From Bigelowiella natans CCMP2755 (Eukaryota; Protista; Cercozoa), in NCBI GenBank assembly GCA_000320545.1, contig ADNK01003197.1, forward strand, positions 1 through 58,567: a stretch of DNA of 58,567 nucleotides, read 5' to 3'. The notes below the pieces were generated by a model. It did no database searches and was not told the DNA's origin. It worked only from the letters and a program-made list of their open reading frames with translations. A program made the translations under genes and the position numbers. Shown here piece by piece: positions 51,487-58,567 of the stretch (within the stretch, counting starts at the first letter, position 1; each line of letters starts with the position of its first letter).

Positions 51487-53600
51487 ATAAATCACCGCGG
51501 TGATGTATCTTTTCCTCCGATTTTCTTTGAATCTTTCATCGATTTTGGTGTTCGTTTTCTTTTCCTTCCCTGCGTGCTTCTCCCCCCTGTTCTCGTGTAG
51601 AGCAGCCGCGCCATGATCACCACCACCACCACCACCACCAGCAAAGGTTGCTGCCATTAAAGGTTCTTGAATCCATGCTTTGTGCACTGTCCCGAAGTTT
51701 CCGTCACCAATCTTAGCAATTAAACTAATCTCTGACTCTTCGTATATACGAATAGAACCCAGTGTAAAACGATGAAGACTGCTGCTAGATTTCTCATCTT
51801 GGCCGCCTCCCTTCTCTTCCTCTCTGTTGCTGATATTGCTTGTTTGACAACAACCTTGACACCAACGTTTATGCGGCAAAGCCACTATCACGATGACGAT
51901 AGCGATTAGGATAGAAACACCGATTACTACGATTATGATGACCGCGTAAGATTGGAGTATTTCCTACAAAACAAACAAAACACAAAACAACCAAAGATAA
52001 AGTCGCTGCTCCTGAGGGGGCAGTAAATAGATACATTCTCTTCTGGAGAGGCAGCAGCACCGAATATGACAGGGGTCTCAGGAGACACGGTTGGTGATAT
52101 AGTAGGCGAGGTTGTGAGGGGGGGGATGAGTTGGATTGGGGCTGCAGTGACAAGGTCCCTAGCACCACGGTCGTCTAGACTCCGACACACAGCTTGAAAC
52201 TCAATCGACATATCAGGAGGAAAATCCTCTGGAATCTACCATATTTACATTTGATCTTACCATTGTTTCTCATTTTTGTTATGAACTGAGGCGATGTCGC
52301 GCTGCTTCACTTCCCCTCCTACCCCAATGATCGCTTGTGAGAACGTACCTCAATACTGAGAGAGAATCCGACGATGGAGTCCACAGTTGCACTCACCACT
52401 GACAGAAATGCACAAGACCCTGCTTCTCCATCTGGGGGAAAGGCCAGAAACTCTGGGGCTAAATCCTGACTAAAGTTGCCCCCGCTTGCGAAAATCACTG
52501 CATTGGTCGCCGGTAGGACGCTAATCGGAATGCGTAGTTGATGTAGTAGTAGCAATAGTAGTAGTAGTTGATGTAGTAGTAGTTGCAGTAAAAGACGAAG
52601 ATGGTGAGATTATCATGATGCGATAATAACAACATGGCAGGTGCACGCTTGGACATAAACAAACACTACGTAGGGCTTTACTGCCTCCACCGCCTTTGTA
52701 TCTTCCCATTCTCTCCCCAACCTCCCTCTTTGATTGTTGGTTTTCAATTCCTTGTGAAGCGTTGCGAACGAGCACCTGAGAGTTCTCCTTGTCCCAGGTA
52801 TCAATGTCGTGTTGGATATGAGTACTTGACAGCCCCCACTCCCGCTAATAATTCTCGACCTCCCGCAAAAGTATGAAAACAGTGGAGAATCGAGGCCAAC
52901 TCGCCATTGCGAGACGTTGCACAAGGGGCTGCTGTTAACTGCTTCCTCTAACGTGTTCGCATTTGCAGATGTAGTAGAGTCAGATCTGAGGCAATTGACA
53001 CTATATGAGAAAACTGCAGACGGTTGCCTAATCTTCATCTTTCCTAGATGTTGTTCTATGATCTTCCTATAATACACTACGCCGACGAAAACACCAAGAA
53101 TAAACTAACTACCTCCATGTTTCTCCTTCATAATTCGAAGATAAGACAAGATTTGAGGACACAAAAATACTTAGCAGCAACCCCAGAAGCTTGCCTGAAA
53201 GGTTTTTTTCCACAAGATTCTTTCAAGTGATGACAAAGGAATGTATTGATTTCGTAAATTGCAATACTCATCGCAGTCGAAGCCATTAATTCACGACAGG
53301 AGGCTCTTCAGATTTCTCTTTGTGTTTCTGTTCTGACATATCCTAAACCACAGGCTTCGTTTAAGTATTAAATGGGCCTCAATCTACACTTCAGATTGAA
53401 AGAGGAGATTCCTTGCCTTGTCCGGCATAGAAAACATCACAGAGTTTGAGAAAGCACCTTCTGGTACTTCCCGTGGCGCGTCCCTTCGCGTCCGCTGCTT
53501 AACATGCGATCCCATTTACTGTTGCGACAGACAAATACAGAGGTTTTACCGTAAAATAGATTCCATATTTATTGTGCGACAACCGAACCATGGTGCTACG
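48577..53600 (-). CDS. Single-pass receptor tyrosine-kinase-like protein with an in-frame TAA in the activation loop (possible pseudogene, null allele or sequencing error)
   Basis: N-terminal hydrophobic segment, ectodomain and TM (AVIIIVVIGVSILIAIVIVIVAL, ~51950-51880). Kinase motifs IGDGNFGTV, AVIK, HELETM, HPNL-VQLLGI, VEFCEKGDL, HRDIA-CRNLL, SDYGL*RIL, FPW-AWASPEAL, SDIWAFGVALWEI and ERP. 5' end approximate. Confidence 0.85.
50459..50562. repeat. Perfect 52-bp tandem duplication covering a 3' splice site of the kinase gene
   Basis: ctgcactgttgaatgattaagtgaaaaaacagttgttgaaagaagaagaaga occurs at 50459 and again at 50511. Confidence 0.95.
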
Positions 53601-54017
53601 AGTGCTGTACGAGTAGTGCCTTGACTACTGTGGGTGCTCTTTTTTTTGTGTAATTATTCCACTGGTGAATTCCTGGAATTTGCAGGCCAATTTTGGAACA
53701 ATTACGCTATGTTTACTCGAAAATAGGCACATATTCTTCGTATCTGCACCTGCGACATAGGATCAATGAGATTTTGATGGATAATCGCATGTTTTTCATT
53801 ATATTTTTTGAAATAAAACATAACGAAGACTTTTGGCGTGTGCTGTAACCTCTCAATCACAACCCGTTCATCGATCAAGGTAAGGTAGCTAGTTAGTAGG
53901 TGTTGCTCACCTGCTCACCCTGTTTCCCCTTTCCCCCCTCTCTTTAAATTGACTAATCCACGTACTTCAGGGGGTAGCTTAGTGTGAAGCAACAATTCTT
54001 TGGACAATACGTTGACC

Positions 54018-55010
54018 ATGGACGGCCCAATTTCCCCCAAATCTGAGTTCAAGGTGTGGTTGACAAGAGAGTGAATAGTCCTTCAAGCGCAAAGCTTTGA
54101 TCTTGCATTTACGATGAGATGAAAGTGTTTGCTAGAGCAAATGAACTGAACTGTCTTATTTTACACTGAATTGTATCTAATATGCCATCCTGGCTGGATT
54201 TCCTGCAGCTGCCGGACGTTCAGGAGTCTATGGTGTACTACATCTCAAACTTCCACAAGATCAGAACGGCATCCAGAAGAAAACTGAGTGTGGAGATACC
54301 GAAAACTGGAAGAAAAATTGGCTTCTTCAAAACGTAGAACAATTACATATCACAAATCAAATTTTCCGAACAGGAGTCGAAATGTCACCATGTGCTGCTA
54401 TTTTGCATCACCAGTTCCTTCATGGAGCTGGAACCCATAGCCCCGTCACAGCCTGGGAAGAGCTCTGTCAACGTTCTTGAGGTAGATCAAAAGGATGAAC
54501 AAAAGGTGTCTCGAGATCCTTGGAACCAAATGAATCATCATCTGAATCAGGGTTGTCTTCACAGAAATCAAGTATTCCAGAAGTCGACGTGTACTCGATG
54601 CGGTTTTCTCCTGACAGTTCGGAACTTGCCATAGGATGTACCGGTTAGTTTGTTTCTTCAACCGCAGTTGTTCGTCCGTACACCGGCCATGCCCCTCTAA
54701 GACACAACCATTCACTTTGCAATTATTGTGAGCGACATGCAAAATTTACCACTGTATACTTCGTAAACCAGATGGGACGATCCGAATTGTCGATCCCCAA
54801 GAGACAAAGCTCTTGAAGATCCTCAACAACACCCAGGTAGCATGTACCATAGATATGCAACTTAAATCATTCAATGGAAGAGAACTAACACAAATGACAC
54901 ACGACCAGGAACAAGTCCCTACCACATGCGTACGCTATCGTCCAACAGTCGGCGCATCCCAGAAGACCAGAAACGTGATAGTCTCCTCCACTGGGGATGG
55001 TAATACTAGC

Positions 55011-55043
<33 letters not shown>

Positions 55044-55393
55044 CGTGGTAGTGGTAGTAGCAGTATAAAAATAAGAAGAGGAGGAAGCAAGTGATGATGA
55101 AAAGGTAGCAGTAAGTGCTACTTCTGGCATATAATAGCTGGTAGCATGAGCCTCTTTACAAGAAATCATTGATACTATTAATAGAACCAACTCCATATTC
55201 TGTTCGTCAGGGAAAATCCAGCATTGGCACGTGCCTTCGCAAAAAAAGATATTTGAGCTTGAGGAGAAAGGAAATACAATCTTAGCTCTCGACTACTCCT
55301 GGTAATAGATGATGATGAGGATGATGGTGATGATGTTTAGAGATGGTGCGAGGTAATGGGAAAATGGTATTTGGCGAAGGCGAGGACCAAATA

Positions 55394-55437
<44 letters not shown>

Positions 55438-56930
55438 TTTTTTTGCAAATATTGTGTTGTGTGTGTGTGTGTGTGTGTGTGTGTGGAGAGTAAGAGAGAG
55501 AGGAGAGGGCATGTATTGATGATTTTCTCCTCCATCCATAGCGATTCGGAATTGTTTGCATCTGCTGGGCAAGACAAAGTGGTACGTGTTTACGAGGAAG
55601 GAACAAAAAGTCTTCTTACCGAACTGAAGATGGGACTGGGTAGCAGGTGATAGAAGACTTCCATTATTAGATAGCCCCCAGTTCTTCTTGTTGGATCATC
55701 GGTTTACCAGCACACAGCAAGCAATCGTCCACACTAAATCTCACTGTTGTTAATTAGGGATTCAGATGGCCATTCCCAACGCATATATTGCGTAAAGTTT
55801 CACCCAAGAGATCCCAATATGATTCTTAGCTCAGGATGGGATGATACTGGTGGGTGATTCGGAACGATGTTCGTTTATTGCTCCTCAATAAGTCTCTTTC
55901 CTCTCTCTTTCTCTCTCTCGTACTTCTCTTGCGCCAGTGCACGTGTGGGATATCCGTGCGGGATGCTCTGTCAAGAAATGGGACGGCCCACATGTGTGCG
56001 CTGACTCTCTGGACATATTTGAAGATGTTGTTTTGACGGGATCTTGGAGGTTTGTAAAGCATAACGTTTAGGGTTGAGAAGCAACCGTAGATGCTCACAG
56101 CATGTCCTGCCAACGTTATTAATTATGGCTGGAAATGGATTTAAAAGCATAATGGCGATTTTAAAATTAATATATATATATATATATATATAATATCGAA
56201 AATATATTTATATTTTGGCGCACAATAGGGAAAGAGAGGGACTTCAGGTTTGGGACCTGGGCACTGGAAAACTGCTGAAAACGATAGATTTTCATCGAAA
56301 GGTGGTGTAGTGATATCCTTGCCATTCATTCAGTTAGATACAAATTTACTAAAGTAGCCAATGAGCTGGAGCTTTGACGCCCTCATCATGATTTATGTTC
56401 ACTAACTACATTTTCTAACTTATAATCCGAGATTCGTGATGCTATCTGAACAGTCTACAGATACTACAACATCAATTGCGAGATAAACTTTGACAAAATA
56501 TGTCTTTCTTTATTAGGATAAGCAGGAAACTGAGACGGATCACATTTATGGAGCAGCTTTTAGTATGGACGGAGACTTAATCGCTGCAGGAGGGAGCTTT
56601 GTAATGCAGATATACCTTTTGTGATGCTCTTCATATTTCTAATTAACGTATTTCTTTTCTGATCAAAAAGACCTCTGAAACAAGGATCTTTGATGTTCGC
56701 CACAACTTTCGACGAGTTGATAAGGTGGGAAACTAGTTTAAAAGTGTTTTTAGAGAAAATTACTGAGATAATGACTGTGATGTGGCCAGATGCGCACCAA
56801 AGCCAAAGGCGTGTACTCTGTGACTTTCTCCAATAGTGGCAGGAATCTTGCTTCTGGGTCTAAAGCCGGAAAAGTGAGCATACTAGACATGATGCCTGAA
56901 ATGGAGGAGGACGATTCCCCTCAAAACTAG
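54018..56930 (+). CDS. WD40-repeat protein, multi-exon
   Basis: Spliced VYSMRFSPDSSELAIGC, GTIRIVD, GKIQHWHV, LFASAGQDKVVRVYE, GHSQRIYCVKFHPRDPNMILSSGWDDT-VHVWDIR and LQVWDLGTGKLL. Stop TAG at 56928-56930. Confidence 0.9.
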
Positions 56931-56989
56931 GGCTGAGGAGAACGCAATGTCCTTACAGTAGCTGTACCGCGTTGCGTCATCGTGGCATC

Positions 56990-58050
56990 ATTTTTGCTGC
57001 ATGTGTGCGCTGCATGTAAGCACAGCTAGACACCGTTGTCGTGCATCGATCACTGCACACATCCCGTGCAAGCATAGCATGGCATGCTAGCATGAACGGT
57101 GAGAACGTGGTGACGCTACATGAACTGGTGACACTCAACACGCACGCACGCTAGCACGTAGTGCACGTCTAGCTAGCAGTGACGTCATTACATGCGCACA
57201 AGAACCCGAGCTGTGGTGCATTGCATGACAATTGACAATTCAAGCATCATCATCGTCATGAACGGCATGCAGACCATGCACGCATTCGCGCGACATGGCG
57301 AAGCTCGATGATGGACATGCAATGCAACAATGTCATATGTAGTGTTACTGTGTCCATGATACTGTCTCGTCGAGTCCCAATGATGACAACAAAAAATGAC
57401 TCAATGCGTGCCCGGTCATTGCCTAGATTGCCGGGCGGTGCGCGCGCGACGTGCGCGATCGACAGAAGATCATGGCTGTTCGCATGCAATCACAGCTAGC
57501 AGTGTGATCTTCCAGCAATAAAAAGAATGACGGACTGCACTTGTGCAAGTCAAACAAGATTTCTGATGTTGCCGCATAGCTGCACGTCACTGTGATCGCC
57601 GCTGCCTTGTGCGTGTGCGTCTGTCGACAGCGCGCCAGCAGTGACCTGCAGCGTCGCACGTTTCCAGCTCCACCTCCACGTGCAGTCGACCGCTTGCAAT
57701 GCACCAAACGTGTCCATTACTGCACAAACATCATGATGATCACTATCAAGCAAACACCGACCCACACCAAAAGCGTGAACATGACAAGCACAAGGTTTGA
57801 CGTCCAACAAAAACGCTGCGATGAATTGAGCATGACAACGTCACATCGATGTCGGGAAGAACAACGTGCAGCGATGTGGAATCAGACATGACCCACCCCT
57901 CTCCCCAGCTAACACGATTCGATGAATGAATGAAGTGATTCCAATGGTGTAGTTGAAAGGATCATCGGATGGGGTGTGTGCTTGCTCATCCGAAATCTGA
58001 ACGATTGCCACGTCCACAGCGTGCTTCCGAAAACGATGTCGCTCAGGCAA
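56990..58050. other. TpA-depleted, CATG/TGCA/CTAG-rich zone at a probable convergent junction
   Basis: Several 60-nt lines have 0-1 TA, many of the remaining TA lie in CTAG, and CpG is abundant. Confidence 0.75.
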
Positions 58051-58421
58051 TGCGGCCGTCTAATCGAAAATAAGGTAAAAAATATTGATGTCGCAACCTC
58101 ACAAATGGCCATTCAACCACTGAGATAAGAACCACATCTCCGTGGCATCTCGATAGGCTCCGTAAAAAAACCTCGAACCTTAAGCATCTACGACAAGGAA
58201 ATCCCAAGAGCCATAGTTGTAATGGGGTGAAAATACCTTGTCGTTCTATACAATTGCCCTGGTTTAGGTAGCAAAAGCGAACTCCTATGTTTGGCGCCAA
58301 AATAGCAGTAGAAAGACGACGAAAGGCATTCCCCTCTCTCACTCGTCAGGAGCATCACGCAAACAACGCGAAGGAGGAGGACGACGCCAACGATACACAA
58401 AGCTTGCCCATTTCCATTCAC
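57250..58421 (-). CDS. Hypothetical gene with a hydrophobic N-terminus; 3' part lies in the TpA-depleted zone
   Basis: Start MNGNGQALCIVGVVLLLRVVCVMLL plus several GT-AG-like exon candidates. No recognised domain. Confidence 0.3.
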
Positions 58422-58532
58422 AGTGAGTGCAGTGCATGGATTAATCCGCTTTATGCTTGGGAGTCGAAAGGCTGCATGTCACAGATAGAAGAAGACAGAG
58501 TAGCGAGCGAGTGAGCGAGCTAGAAGGCGAAC

Positions 58533-58536
<4 letters not shown>

Positions 58537-58565
<29 letters not shown>
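58537..58565. repeat. (GA)n microsatellite
   Basis: Directly visible. Confidence 0.9.

Positions 58566-58567
<2 letters not shown>

Noticed and set aside
1-58567. CRISPR arrays, rRNA, tRNA or prokaryotic operons
   Set aside because: No regularly spaced repeat-spacer array or recognisable structural RNA was seen, and the architecture is spliceosomal eukaryotic.

Overview
Eukaryotic nuclear DNA. It is gene-dense, with GT-AG introns that are often full of microsatellites. A signal+transit+Tat-targeted protein and an iota-class carbonic anhydrase suggest an alga with a secondary plastid, most like a chlorarachniophyte (inference). I spliced about 17 genes by hand: an SH3 protein, a small coiled-coil protein, a CCR4/nocturnin-like EEP enzyme, iota-carbonic anhydrase, an amino-acid transporter, a GILT-like thiol reductase, a P5-type ATPase, an S41-peptidase-like protein with an EF-hand, a large coiled-coil protein, a GNAT-like protein, a DUF2358 protein, a receptor tyrosine-kinase-like gene, a WD40 protein and several hypotheticals. 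Main highlights: (1) an intact selenoprotein gene missed by the ORF track, with in-frame TGA in a UxxC motif and a well-formed SECIS in the 3' UTR; (2) every junction where two genes converge carries a distinctive CTAG/CATG/TGCA-rich block, and in several of these TpA is strongly depleted while CpG is kept and CTAG is spared, suggesting a localised TpA->CpA/TpG 'reverse-RIP'-like process at termination zones; (3) a receptor kinase with a nonsense codon in its activation loop next to a duplicated splice acceptor. Gene ends and exon limits are manual and approximate unless stated. No databases were searched.
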